DNA of 64,000 nt from Octopus vulgaris (taxonomy: Eukaryota): NCBI GenBank assembly GCA_951406725.2, contig OX597824.1, positions 14,632,001-14,696,000 on the forward strand. Direction: 5' to 3'. A program made the translations under genes and the position numbers. Each line of letters starts with the position of its first letter. Within the stretch, counting starts at the first letter, position 1. Below the pieces are notes generated by a model, which was given only the letters and a program-made list of their open reading frames with translations, ran no database searches and was not told the origin of the DNA. Of this stretch, positions 1 to 11,479 are shown piece by piece.

Positions 1-163
1 AAAAAACCGGAAGACTACCTGCAAGAAACAAATCTTGCATCTTCTTTCCCATAAAAGATGTATTCACCAATTATACTAAAATAATCTACAGTACTTCCAT
101 CAAATTAAGCGCTTTGATCTGACAAGTATGAAAATAGGCCTGAGAAGCTTCGAGAAATATACT

Positions 164-526
164 CTTTTTTACTCTTTTACTTGTTTCAGTCATTTGACTG
201 CAGCCATGCTGGAGCACCGCCTTTAATCGAGCAACTCGACCCCGGACTTATTCTTTTTGTAAGCCCAGTACTTAATCTATCGGTTTCTTTTGCCGAACTG
301 CTAAGTAACGGGGACATAAACACACCAGCATCGGTTGTCATGCACACAAACACGCATATATATATACACATATATACGACGGGCTTCTTTTCAGTTTCCG
401 TCTACCAAATCCACTCACAAGGCTTTGGTCGGCCCGGGGCTATAGTAGAAGACACTTGCCCAAGGTGCCACGCAGTGGGACTGAACCCGGGACCATGTGG
501 TTGGTAAACAAGCTACTTACCACACG
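164..526 (-). mobile_element. Family A tRNA-derived SINE
   Basis: Reverse copy: tRNA-like head with B box ggttcagtcc, CORE-like accttgggcaagtgtctt, internal TA/TG microsatellite, gtaaaaga tail. Confidence 0.9.
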
Positions 527-1329
527 TAAATAAATAATTTTTATGATGTGGATACAATCAAAGATAATAAATTTGTAATATATCAAAAGAATGATTTAGT
601 TTCGAGGTTTAATATCTCTTAGTACTTTTGCTCTTCAAAGTCATAAAAAAAAAACTAAAAGTTAATGAAAATTTATTACTGTTTGGAAACGAGAAAAATT
701 CCTCCTCTGCTGAATATATTTATATAAATAAGAGAATGGGCATTTAACAAAACAGCTTCTATGAGTAAATAAATAATTTACATCATGAAACTGCAGCTAA
801 GTTAAAGTAAAACGATCTGTTTAAATCTATGTCTAGACTAAGTGTAGTAACTCTACACTGCTAAATTGGCTCTACTTTGATCCTTAAGTCCTGTTTTGAT
901 AAACAAGAGCAAGCCTAATGCTTTATTTAAAAGGACACAATCCTATACCAACTCATAACTCTTCAAACTTTATTGATACAGTCATTGTAACTCCTCAGCC
1001 TCTCCTTGTAGGATGCACGTGAAACAGCTGGTGGAGGATAAGTATGTACTTGACTGACAAATGGGATGATTAGAAAAAGTGTCATGTAGTCTGATATTAA
1101 ACACTACACCAAATTCATTCAGAAATTTATTACACACAGATTTCAGACATGCACACACAGCTGTTTGGCTGATGTCCACTTTGCAATCATGTGGTTTCAG
1201 GTTCAATCCCATGGGTCTGCGCCTCAGGCTGGTGTCTTCTACTATCGCTTTGGACTGAGCAATGCCTTGTGTGTTTGGTAGACAGAAACAGTATTAAGTC
1301 CATTGTGTGTATATGTTCATGTGCAAATA

Positions 1330-1414
1330 TTTGGGCAAGTGTCTTCTACTATAGCCTCAGGCCGACCAAAGCCTTGAGTGGATTTGGTAGACAGAAACTG
1401 AAAGAAGCCCGTCG

Positions 1415-1461
<47 letters not shown>

Positions 1462-1679
1462 TTGTGTGTGTGTTTGTCCCCCCCCCACCAACATTGCTTG
1501 ACAACCGATGCTGGTGTGTTTACGCCCCCGTAACTTAGCGGTTTGGCAAATGAGACCGATAGAATAAGTACTAGGCTTACAAAGAATAAGTCCTGGGGGT
1601 CGATTTGCTCGACTAAAGGTGGTGCTTCCAGCATGGCCACAGTCAGATGACTGAAACAAGTAAAAGAGTAAAGAGTAAG
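1330..1679 (+). mobile_element. Family A SINE, 5'-truncated (older copy at 1146-1320)
   Basis: Body, microsatellite and tail match other copies. Confidence 0.88.
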
Positions 1680-1783
1680 CTCTTGTTTGAACCTACTGCT
1701 ACCAACTTTGCACATCAAACTGGGTTTGATGAAACAGTTCGTTAAATCTTGGCCTGCAGATGAACCATGTTTGCAGTATCTCT

Positions 1784-2150
1784 CAAAAATCAGAATCGAA
1801 ATCGATCAATGGAAATTGCAGATGTGTTACCAGTGCCGGTGGCATGTAAGAGAACCTTCCGTTTCGCGACCGTTGCCAGAGCCGCCCCGACTGGCCTCGT
1901 GCCGGTGGCACATAAAAAGCACCATCCGTTCGTGGCCGTTTGCCAGCTCTGTCTGGCACCATGCGGGTGGCACGTAAAAAGCACCCACTACACTCGCGGA
2001 GTGGTTGGCGTTAGGAAGGGCATCCAGCCGTAGAAACACTGCCAGATCAGACTGGGCCTGATGAAGCCTTCTGGCTTCACAGACCCCAGTAGAACCGTCC
2101 AACCCATGCTAGCATGGAAAACGGACGCTAAACGATGATGATGATGATGA
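1784..2150 (+). mobile_element. Family B retroposon (RTE 3' UTR copy)
   Basis: Three gtggcacgtaaaaagcacc units, ggttggcgttaggaagggcatcc block, ggacgctaaacgatgatg tail. Confidence 0.9.
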
Positions 2151-2350
2151 TAACCAATGAGAAAATTAATGCAAGAATATTTGTTGGTCCTGACATTCAT
2201 AATCTAAGGATAGACTCAGATTATGAGTTTCAAGCGTGTTGTCAAGAACTTTTTGAGAAACGATAAGTGTTCAAATGACAAAGTCAGCTGACACCATGTT
2301 GCAAAACTTCAAAAAGCTTGGGTACAACATGTGTTAAAATGCACTTCTTT

Positions 2351-2545
2351 CATCATCATCATCATCATCGTTTAACGTCCGTTCTCCATGCTAGCATGGG
2401 TTGGACGGTTCAACCGGGGATCTGGGAAGCCAGAAGGCTGCACCAGGCTCCAGTTTTATCTGGCAATGTTTCTACAGCTGGATGCCCTTCCTAACGCCAA
2501 CCACTCCGTGAGTGCAGTGGGTGCTTTTTACGTGCCACCTGCACA
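2351..2545 (-). mobile_element. Family B retroposon
   Basis: Reverse copy of the same 3' block and tail. Confidence 0.9.
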
Positions 2546-2861
2546 CACCATAACTATTTCCCAGAGAACCGTGACAATCTAAATGAAGAACATGGTCAGA
2601 GACTTCCTCCAGGACATTAAAGGAATGGAGTAGAGGTGGAATGTAAACATGATGGCAGATTGCTGCTGGACCCTAAAGAGAGGAAATCAAAGAAAAGGAA
2701 GTTTGAAAAGGAGTAAAATTACTTTAAACCCATGGTAAGTACATTAAAGATATATACTTAGTCATTATGTAGGCCTTCATACTTTAATCATATCTTTTTT
2801 ATTATTGTTCTAGTCACTCATTCTTAATTTCATCATATTTTTATCTAGAAGTCTTCTACTA

Positions 2862-3252
2862 GGCGCAGGAGTGGCTGTGTGGTAAGTAGCTTGCTTACCA
2901 ACCACATGGTTCCAGGTTCAGTTCCAATGAGTGGCACCTTGGGCAAGTGTCTTCTACTATAGCCTCAGGCCGACCAAAGCCTTGTGAGTGGATTTGGTAG
3001 ACGGAAACTGAAAGAAGCCCGTCGTATATATGTATATGTGTGTGTGTGTGTGTCTGTTTGTCTCCCCAACATCGCTTGACAACCGATGTTGGTGTGTTTA
3101 CATCCCCATAACTTATTGGTTCAGCAAAAGAGACTGATAGAATAAGTACTAGGTTTACAAAGAATAAGTCCTGGGGTCGATTTGCTCAACTAAAAGGCGG
3201 TGCTCTAGCATGGCCACAGTCAAATGACTGAAACAAGTAAAAGAGTAAAAAG
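2862..3252 (+). mobile_element. Family A SINE, full length
   Basis: ggcgcaggagtggctgtgtggtaag head to gtaaaagagtaaaa tail. Confidence 0.92.
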
Positions 3253-3446
3253 GGAATGAATGACAAGAAAAATCATCATATCTTTGGCAGTCATTTGTGC
3301 AAAATCTGTACGTGATACACAAAAACTAAAAACATAGTTGAAATCAGCATTAAAAAAAAAAAAAAACGGTTCAGAATCACCTGAAAGTAGACAATTATCA
3401 TTTACTTCATTTAAAAATGCAGGCTTGTGTAATTAAAACAACTTAC

Positions 3447-3524
3447 TTCTCGGTCAACAGTTGTAGAAAAGTCTGCTGCTTGTTTTGCTGAGCAGTCAAC
3501 TGCTTTTTGAAGTGTATTGATCAC
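3447..3524 (-). CDS. UBR2: UBR1/UBR2-like E3 ligase, exon 6 (ClpS-like domain)
   Basis: ctgtag|GTG acceptor, GAA|gtaagt donor; VINTLQKAVDCSAKQAADFSTTVDRE matches VIYTLQKAVNCTQKEAIGFATTVDRD of UBR2 as recalled. Confidence 0.95.
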
Positions 3525-3877
3525 CTACAGTGGACAAGGCAACAAGAGGGAGAACATTAGTAAAATCGTAGACTTTTAGGCCACAGTTATTAATACAGTT
3601 TAATGTTAATCAAAAAATAAATTTGAAGAATTAATTACTACCATAAAGGAAACTTAGAAACATTTGAGTTTTGTAATGTTATTAGAACTTTCATTAAGTT
3701 ATCTGTCAAATACTAGACAGTAATCAAGTAAATATGTTACCTTAACAAGGTCCCTAATGTTAAATCTACCATATGGAATTATATACACAAGTATATTTTA
3801 ATCCTACTATATTCCTTTATTGAATCTTTCCAAAATGACTATAGCTCCATCAGTGATAACTAATTGTAGCTCTAATC

Positions 3878-4178
3878 CAGGCCTGGCCAACTTGAATTAC
3901 ATTGTGGGCCACTTTAATCACAAAGTTTTTTGAGGGCCGCTTGTATACTGACAGAATTGAAAACATTTTGCTTTCTCATGTTATTACAATAATGAATGAA
4001 TGCTCGTCACTTCAACATGAAATATTTTCATTGCAAAAACAGTAGTAGCTTTCTTTTTTACTTTTCATTAAAATCTTTAATTTTTGATAAAATTGTTTAA
4101 ATATTTCAAGAAAGTATCAAGTCAGCCACAAGATAAAAGTCTGCAGGCCACATGTGGGCCTCGGGTTGGCCAGCTCTG
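3878..4178. mobile_element. hAT-family MITE
   Basis: TIRs caggcctggccaac / gttggccagctctg; 8-bp TSD ctctaatc / ctctaatt. Confidence 0.8.
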
Positions 4179-4469
4179 CTCTAATTCATACCATCGGTTA
4201 CATGTAGCAATGACTCTAAGCTATATTACCTGTTATAGCTAATGAAGGTTAGAGTCTATATCATCTTTGATCACTAATGATTCTTCTAAACCAATGGTAT
4301 TCAACCATTTTTTCAAATGCTGCCGAGATCGATGTAATTGATTTAACCCTTCTCCCACAATTGCTGGTCTTGCAATTTGAAATTAATACCATGGAGCTGT
4401 AATGCATAGTGCCATGGGTGTTAAGATATTAAAGACATAACCAAATTTCCAGCATTTTGAGCTACTTAA

Positions 4470-4691
4470 CCTTTTTGTTACCATATTTCTTTTGAGATGC
4501 TCTGTGTTTCTTTCAATTAATTTTAAATATAACAAAGAATTTAGTAAAATAACTTCGTTATCATTAAGCTAGTGTTAGGAATATAAATTGTGACTAAGGT
4601 CTGGTGGAAGATTTTAATTCAGAACTTGGCAAAACAAGACATTTGTACTATAGAGCCAGAGGCAGTTTCAGCTGGATTAATATCAAAAGAG
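4470..4691. mobile_element. piggyBac-derived MITE
   Basis: Flanked by TTAA; left end cctttttgttaccatatttc...tttcaattaatt...aatttagt resembles the right end of the 39235 piggyBac. Confidence 0.65.
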
Positions 4692-4787
4692 TTAAAGCAT
4701 ATTAAGTGTCCCAAACTAATAGCTGTAATTTTCTTCATTAGGATAACTACTCACTTTATCAGTTCATGGGAAAAACTGCACACTTAC

Positions 4788-4982
4788 TTGGTCGAATGTG
4801 TGCAACTCATCATTAAAGAGAATGGTGACAAACAAATCATCAGGCTCGCCATCAGGTCTGAGATCAATGGGTAGACTGTCGTAGCACTCCCAAGTCATCA
4901 TATCTATAGCATACTGTAGCACAGAAATGAAGAGATCGCTGGCACGGGCTATTAGTTCATCAGGAAGAGAAGCAAGGCGATC
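4788..4982 (-). CDS. UBR2: UBR1/UBR2-like E3 ligase, exon 5 (start of ClpS-like N-domain)
   Basis: ttctag|GAT acceptor, CAA|gtaagt donor; 65 codons DRLASLPDELIARASDLFISVLQYAIDMMTWECYDSLPIDLRPDGEPDDLFVTILFNDELHTFDQ with the LFNDExHTxxQ ClpS motif. Confidence 0.95.
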
Positions 4983-5057
4983 CTAGAACAGAGGGAAAGT
5001 TTAAAAATTAAAAAAAAACACATCAATGCTTTCAACAAAGTTACAGCAACAAATACA

Positions 5058-5475
5058 TATTTCTTTACTACCCACAAGGGGCTAAACACAGAGGGGACAA
5101 ACAAGGACAGACAAACGGATTAAGTCGATTACATCAACCCCAGTGCGTAACTGGTACCTAATTTATCGATCCCGAATGGATGAAAAGCAAAGTCGACCTC
5201 GGCGGAATTTGAACTCAGAACGTAACGGCTGACGAAATACCTATTTCTTTACTACCTACAAGGGGCTAAACACAGAGGGGACAAACAAGGACAGACAAAC
5301 GGATTAAGTCGATTATATCGACCCCGGTGCGTAACTGGTACTTATTTAATCGACCCCGAAAGGATGAAAGGCAAAGTCGACCTCGGCGGAATTTGAACTC
5401 AGAACGTAGCGGCAGACGAAATACCGCTAAGCATTTCGCCCGGCGTGCTAACGTTTCTGCCAGTTTGCCGCCTTA
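5058..5475 (-). mobile_element. Family C tRNA-derived SINE, head-to-tail dimer
   Basis: A box tggcagaaacgttag, B box gagttcaaattcc, central gcctttcatcctttcggggtcgat block twice (period about 184); agcaacaaataca duplication. Confidence 0.92.
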
Positions 5476-6016
5476 GCAACAAATACAGCCAAATGGAGAG
5501 TATATGTGGTAGGTAAAACCTATCAGAAATAGGAGGTTGAACAATCAGCTTTAAAACAGGAAAGACAGAATGGATAATGTAGTTCTAGATGTGTTATGAC
5601 TGAAATTAAGACAAGGTCTGCCAGTTGCGGGCAGTCCTATGGCTAAACAACAATGATGACAGTGTCTCAATTAGACTGCTAATTACACTAATTTATCTAG
5701 TAACTTTTAATACATGCAGTGATAAAAGAGGTGAATATATAACTCCAGAATCAATTTAATTGTTTGTGGGGTAGGATCGAACCGCTGGACAGGGGACTTG
5801 TCTAATCTATGTCAGTGAGGATATGAGGAGAGGAGGGGGGAACAAAAAAAAAATCCCGCAGAAGCAACAATGATAACGATGATGAATTACATGTTGTATT
5901 TGCAAAATGCAAGTGTGGCTAAGATATTCACCTGTGAATCTGAGGACCATTAGTTCAAATCCACTGCAATCCTTTCATTCTGTTTCTACACAGAATGCCC
6001 CCAGTTTACTTAACTC

Positions 6017-6320
6017 ATCATCATCATCGTTTAACGTCCGTTCTCCATGCTAGCATGGGTTGGACGGTTCGACCGGGGATCTGGGAAGCCAGAAGGCTGC
6101 ACCAGGCTCCAGTCTTATCTGGCAATGTTTCTACAGCTGGATGCTCTTCCTAACGCCAACCACTCCGTGAGTGTAGTGGGTGCTTTTTACGTGCCACCTG
6201 CACAGGTGCCAGGCGAGGCTGGCAACGGCCACGGTCGGATTGGTGTATTTTATGTGCCACCGGCACGGAAGCCAGTCGAGGCGGCGCTGGCATCGGCCAC
6301 GAGTTGGATAGTGCCTTTTA
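6017..6320 (-). mobile_element. Family B retroposon
   Basis: (cat)n tail, V-like block, two to three repeat units. Confidence 0.9.
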
Positions 6321-6999
6321 ACTGTAACAAACAATTTTCTGAGGAAGTTATCAGTGCTAGGTCAGGAACTTCAGGACTTAGAAGATGTACCTATTGACAC
6401 TTTGTCTCCTTATGAATTAGAAAGAGATTACATTTAACATATGTAGGCAGGTAGGGGTATGTGTGTGTGTGGGAAGGAATTACAACCGCGTTTCGTGGTC
6501 TGCTACCACAACAGCTCCTTTATAGGATCCAGTTAGCTCAAGACGTCATCAGGAGGATCCACATCCGGTTTCGGCCCCTACTCCTCTACCGTTTTGACGT
6601 GGCGCCCCCCTCCCCTCCACTTTCGGAGGTGTCTTCAGCTCTGGTGTTGGGTGCATGTCTTCTTTCTTCTATTCCCTGGCCTCTTCGCTATGTCGTCAGC
6701 AAGTGTCAGCTGGTGATTGACTGACTTGTCAAATTTTTTCCCTTTAAATACCTGCCACTAGGCTCCAGCAGGCAGCCCCAGCATCACACATTTTCCGCTT
6801 TAAAAGTTAATCATAGAAAAAAAAAACCTTTACCATCCCTGACTCTGACACAACAACCAGTTTTGTCTGAAAGCAGAAGAGATGCAATGGTTGAGCAGAT
6901 GAAGATTGCATTCGTATGCAACCACTGGCTTTCAGATGTGATTTCAGTAGGACACTGAAAGACATCCTTTTGCATTTATTTGAGTGAATGTCTATGTGA

Positions 7000-7660
7000 A
7001 AGAGAGAGAGACAGACAGAAGAAAGAAATGAAAATGGTAGGAACAGAAGAGAAAAAAGGGGGTGAAAAATGAGAAGAAAGGGAGGAAGAACAAAGAGAAG
7101 ACAGAAAAGCAGAAGAGGGAGGAGTAAAGCAGAGAGAGGGAGGAGTAAAGCAGAGAGTGGGAGTGAGAAAAGCAAAGAGAGGGAGGTAGAAAAGCAGAGA
7201 GAGGGAGGTAGAAAAGCAGAGAGAGGGAGGTAGAAAAGCAGAGAGAGGGAGGTAGAAAAGCAGAGAGAGGGAGGGAGAAAAGCAGAGAGAGGGAAGGAGA
7301 AAAGCAGAGAGAGGGAAGGAGAAAAGCAGAGAGAGGGAGGTAGAAAAGCAGAGAGAGGGAGGTAGAAAAGCAGAGAGAGGGAAGGAGAAAAGCAGAGAGA
7401 GGGAAGGAGAAAAGCAGAGAGAGGGAGGGAGAAAAGCAGAGAGAGGGAGGGAGAAAAGCAGAGAGAGAGGGGGGAGAAAAGCAGAGAGAGAGAGAGGGAG
7501 AGAGAGAGAGAGAGAGAGAGGAAGAAAAGCAGAGAGAGAGGGAGAAAAGCAGAGAGAGAGAGAGGGAGAAAAGCAGAGAGAGAGAGAGGGAGAAAAGCAG
7601 AGAGGAAAGAGGAGAGAGGAGAGGAGGAGGAGAAAGCACAAGGAGAGGGGGGAAGGAAGA
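7000..7660. repeat. Polypurine/polypyrimidine minisatellite (about 22-bp unit agaaaagcagagagagggaggt)
   Basis: About 20 degenerate units directly after the exon 4 donor. Confidence 0.95.
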
Positions 7661-7668
7661 GTAAATAC

Positions 7669-7779
7669 CTTTACTTCGTCTAAAGAAGTTCCTTTGCCAT
7701 GAGTTTCACAGTGAGGACCAGACTTCCAAGCTTCAACATCACCACAATCACAGTAACCTCCGCCACTGGAAATACTCAT
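7669..7779 (-). CDS. UBR2: UBR1/UBR2-like E3 ligase, exon 4 (end of UBR box)
   Basis: tcccag|ATG acceptor, AAG|gtattt donor (an alternative in-frame GAA|gtaaag lies 6 nt upstream); [37 protein letters not shown] with the GGGxCDCGDxEAWK hallmark. Confidence 0.95.
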
Positions 7780-8039
7780 CTGGGAAATAAAGAGTTGGAG
7801 AAACAAATTAAAATTTTAAAACTGACACAAAAAAAGGCAAGAAGCCTCCCACCCCCACCCAGAAGGGTCTATTAAAACAACTGTTTATAAATATTAAGTG
7901 TGAAATTAATAGGACAGACATAAGCAGGAGATTATGTCATCTATGCGTCCACCAAGCCTCGCCAGAAAAGTCAAAATTGGGTGCCATAGGTTTTACAGAG
8001 AACTTCCTAAGTCAATGACAAAACCTCCATGTGGCCATG

Positions 8040-8220
8040 TTAGTTAGTTAGTTAGTTAGTTAATTTGGCTCAAAAGCAAATAGCAAGGCCATGTAGGGGG
8101 ACATGGAGTTAAGTACAGGGTGGTGTTCATGTAAAGAGTTCAGGCCACTTGAGGTCTAGGGAGGCTTTGAACAAAGCGGTCGTCGGCATCTTCACCATCT
8201 CGTCTGGCAGCTTGTTCTGT
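8040..8220 (-). mobile_element. CR1-like LINE 3' end
   Basis: NKLPDEMVKMPTTALFKASLDLKWPELFT* and (aact)n tail; same family as 55575-55873. Confidence 0.8.
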
Positions 8221-8699
8221 GATCTGCATTTGTTCATAGTCTGGGTCTGATGATTCAGGACTGACCCAAGGCCAAAAATAAGTACCGATAACTTGCTAAC
8301 AAATGCTGTATTTAGTTACACAAGTTGAGCAACATGTTATGTATGACTTATGGCATTTAAATATCGTGCCCAGAAATGTTATAAGCTTTCAGAGTCAAAT
8401 ATGAAAAAGAAACAGGTGTACGTTTCATATCTGACTATGAAAGACAGTGCAGAAAGGACCTAAAAAAACCCCTAAGAATTTTGTCAGCCAAGGAGTTTTG
8501 TTATGGTTTACACCAAATAGCAACTAATTTTTTAGAGTGAGAAAAAATAAAAGGCTACACGCAGGTCCAACTAGCATTAAAAAAATGACAATAATATTGA
8601 TTATACTGACAATATTAATCTCTTTTCATTTCATACAAAACAATTTTGTAATGAAGGGGATAAGTGAATTAAGCCAAGTATATTGTTGGTATTTCTTTA

Positions 8700-9005
8700 A
8701 ATGGCACGTAAAAAGCACCATTCAAACGTGGCCGATGCCAACACTGCCTCGACTGGCTTCTGTACCGGTGGCACGTAAAAAGCACCAACCGATCATGGCC
8801 ATTTGCCAGCCTGCTCTGGCCCCTGTACTGGTGGCACGTAAAAAACACCCACTACACTCACAGTGTGGTTGGCGTTAGGAAGGGCATCCAGCTGTAGAAA
8901 CACTGCCAGATCAGACTGGAGCCTGGTGCAGCCTCCTGGCTTCCCAGACCTCGGTTGAATCGTCCAACCTATGCTAGCACGGAAAACGGACGTTAAACGA
9001 TGATG
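8700..9005 (+). mobile_element. Family B retroposon
   Basis: Three repeat units, V-like block, tail. Confidence 0.9.
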
Positions 9006-9677
9006 GTTCCAAGATGAATGCAACGTTAATACCAAGAAAATATGAAATCAGAACAATAAAAAAAAGATACTATCATAGGGAATGTTAGCCAGTGCTTTAT
9101 TTCTGCCAGTTCACCAAGCATCTAATCTTACAAAGCCTATAAAATCAAATCCAGAATAGCACTGGTGCGTATTTTACCAACCTCATTGAGATCAGCAATA
9201 TTGCAACTTAGAACACAGAAAGAGAAGTCAATACAGTAATGGATAATTACAATAGAAATCAGTTTAACAGGATTAAGATGAAACAAAATGAATTTTATTT
9301 TGTTCCTCATTTCATGTTCAGTACCATTTATATTCTTTTATTGGTATCAACAACAGGATGAGATATCTCTTGCAAAAAATTTAGCCAATTCTATTGGCCT
9401 GAATATTTAATTTGGTATGTATATTAGCAATCTCTGTTCATCAAATAATCAAGTCCATTAATTGGTGTAGAAGGATACGACATAATACTTTCGTTGAATG
9501 CACCAACACACACATGACGGGATGGGTTAACTGCAGTTTCCACTAACCAAATTCTTCCACCAAACATTTGTTCAATCCAAGGTTATGGTACAAGACACTT
9601 CCTTAAACCTTTAGCTTTCTCTGTTATATGTAACACTTGTTTATTCATATTGGTTTTAATCAATCTTGCATTATCTA

Positions 9678-10061
9678 GGCGTAGGAGTGGCTGTGTGGTT
9701 AGTAGCTTGTTTACCAACTACATGGTTCCGGGTTCAGTCCCGCTGCATGGCACTTTGGGCAAGTATCTTCTGCTATAGCCTCGGGTCGACCAAAGCCTTG
9801 TGAGTGGATTTGGTAGATGGAAACTGAAAGAAGCCCGTCGTATATATATGTATATGTTTGTGTGTCTATGTTTGACTCCCCCAACATCGCTTGACAACCG
9901 ATGCTGGTGTGTTTACATCCCCGTAACATAGCAGTTCAGCAAAAGAGACTGATAGAATAAGTACTAGGCTTACAAAGAATAAGTCCTGGGGTCAATTTGC
10001 TCGACTAAAGGCGGTGCTCCAGCATGGCCACAGTCAAATGACTGAAACAAGTAAAAGAGTA
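9678..10061 (+). mobile_element. Family A SINE, full length (3'-truncated copy at 10655-10890)
   Basis: Same structure; short tatct duplication. Confidence 0.92.
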
Positions 10062-10438
10062 TCTCATAGCTCTTAGGTTTCAATAATGTGATTATTTTAA
10101 GAAATGACATTTGTCAGGTATGGCCAAATATGGCCAGTTTGGATATAAAATGGGTAGAATATTTGGGCTGAACGTGGGTGGTCTAAATTTTAAAGGGTCA
10201 AGTTGTGATACAGTGATATTAAATTCTGAATTGTGGTTGTGAACACACTTCTTGATCATTCATATAGTCATAAAGTAACAAAATCAAATTCACAGTTTAA
10301 AAGCAACTGTGATGTCTAAGAACATGTTATGTTGAATATACGCAAAAATCAAATAAGAGAACTGAAGTGGAGGAGCATTTTAAAGAGACGCAAAATAAGA
10401 ATTGAAACCCAAACTGGTCAAAAAAGGGGGAAACTCAC

Positions 10439-10517
10439 CCGATAGCGGTGTTTCTTATGAACACTTTGTTGGAAGCAATTGATACACAGGACGCAAGTGA
10501 GATCATTTGCGCAGTCC
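10439..10517 (-). CDS. UBR2: UBR1/UBR2-like E3 ligase, exon 3 (UBR box)
   Basis: ttccag|G acceptor, CGG|gtgagt donor; 79 nt; [26 protein letters not shown]. Too short for the ORF track; read manually. Confidence 0.96.
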
Positions 10518-11216
10518 CTGGAATTAAAAACATTTAGAAGGAAATAGAATTGGAACAATGTTTGTCTTTATGTAAGCTGCAGGTAAATAAAATATATAAG
10601 TAAATATACATACAGCCATAAACAGTTGAATATATTTTCATATTGTAAAGGTATGCATAGGAGTGGCTGTGTGGTAAGTAGCTTGTTTACCAACCACATG
10701 GTTCCAGGTTCAGTCCCACTGCGTGGCACCTTGGGCAAGTGTCTTCTACTATAGCCCTGGGCCAACCAAAGCCTTGTGAGTGCATTTGGTAGACGGAAAC
10801 TGAAAGAAGCCCGTCGTATATATGTATATATGTGTGTGTGTGTGTCTAGCATTGCTTGACAACCGATGCTGGTGTGTTTATGTCCCCGTTAAGTATTTCG
10901 CCTGGCATGCCAATGTTTCAGCCAGCTCGCCGCCTTTATAACAATAATAGTTTCAAATTTATTAGTTTCACTATATATATATATATGTTAATAGTTTTAT
11001 TTCTAATAGTTTCAGTGTGTGTGTGTGTGTGTGTATGTATGTCATGGGTGCTGGGGCTACATAAAAATGGACATGAAGCCTGGGCAGCTGGCCTACTCCT
11101 GTCAAATCGTCCAACCCATGTCAGCATGGAAAATGATGTTTGATGATGATGATGATGAACTAAATTGAAAAGGGGTAACAGGTCAGAATAAAAAAAAACA
11201 AAAACATTCTACTCAC

Positions 11217-11479
11217 CTGCAAGAATAACTTGGCTCACCATGTTTGAAAACATGTCCACAGATTTGCGATGGGGCATCTTTTTCTTTTAACTGTTTAAAC
11301 TCTGTTTCTGGATCTCCACCACAAAGAAACGTTTCCAACGGATGAAATATTAACTTGTGAGAGAGCCTCTCTTCTTTAGCACTTTCCTGGCCAGGAGCAT
11401 ATACGACAGGTACAAAGGTTTTCCAATGTTTTTTCAAGGATACCAATAATTTGCCATTCTTAAAGCTGTTAGACCAATC
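11217..11479 (-). CDS. UBR2: UBR1/UBR2-like E3 ligase, exon 2 (start of UBR box)
   Basis: tttcag|GAT acceptor, TGCAG|gtgagt donor (phase 2); DWSNSF...FLCGGDP...SQICGHVFKHGEPSYSCR matches the UBR-box start (LCGRVFKxGEPTYSCR). Confidence 0.96.

Larger units (their letters stand above)
1680..3429 (+). mobile_element. Second Chapaev3-like relic, fragmented by three retroposon insertions
   Basis: LLLPTLHIKLGLMKQFVKS at about 1690-1750; HNYFPEN...EEHGQR-like piece at about 2545-2610; candidate GTG|TAA terminus at 3429. Left end not found. Confidence 0.6.

Noticed and set aside
1-40. Next UBR exon at minus-strand acceptor tttcttgcag| (position about 18)
   Set aside because: Phase-0 translation gives VVFRFF, not the expected GRxxV continuation; exon 7 probably lies outside the window.
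6047-6397. Recurrent ORFs such as MLAWVGRF...LQLDALPNANHS and YQIHSQGFGRPEAIVEDTCPR as a multigene family
   Set aside because: They are antisense translations of families B and A, with variable frames and stops between copies.
8225-8260. Isolated CTGATGA motifs (also about 2060, 21831, 24466) as hammerheads or C/D snoRNAs
   Set aside because: No matching GAAA with stems and no terminal stem with box pair.
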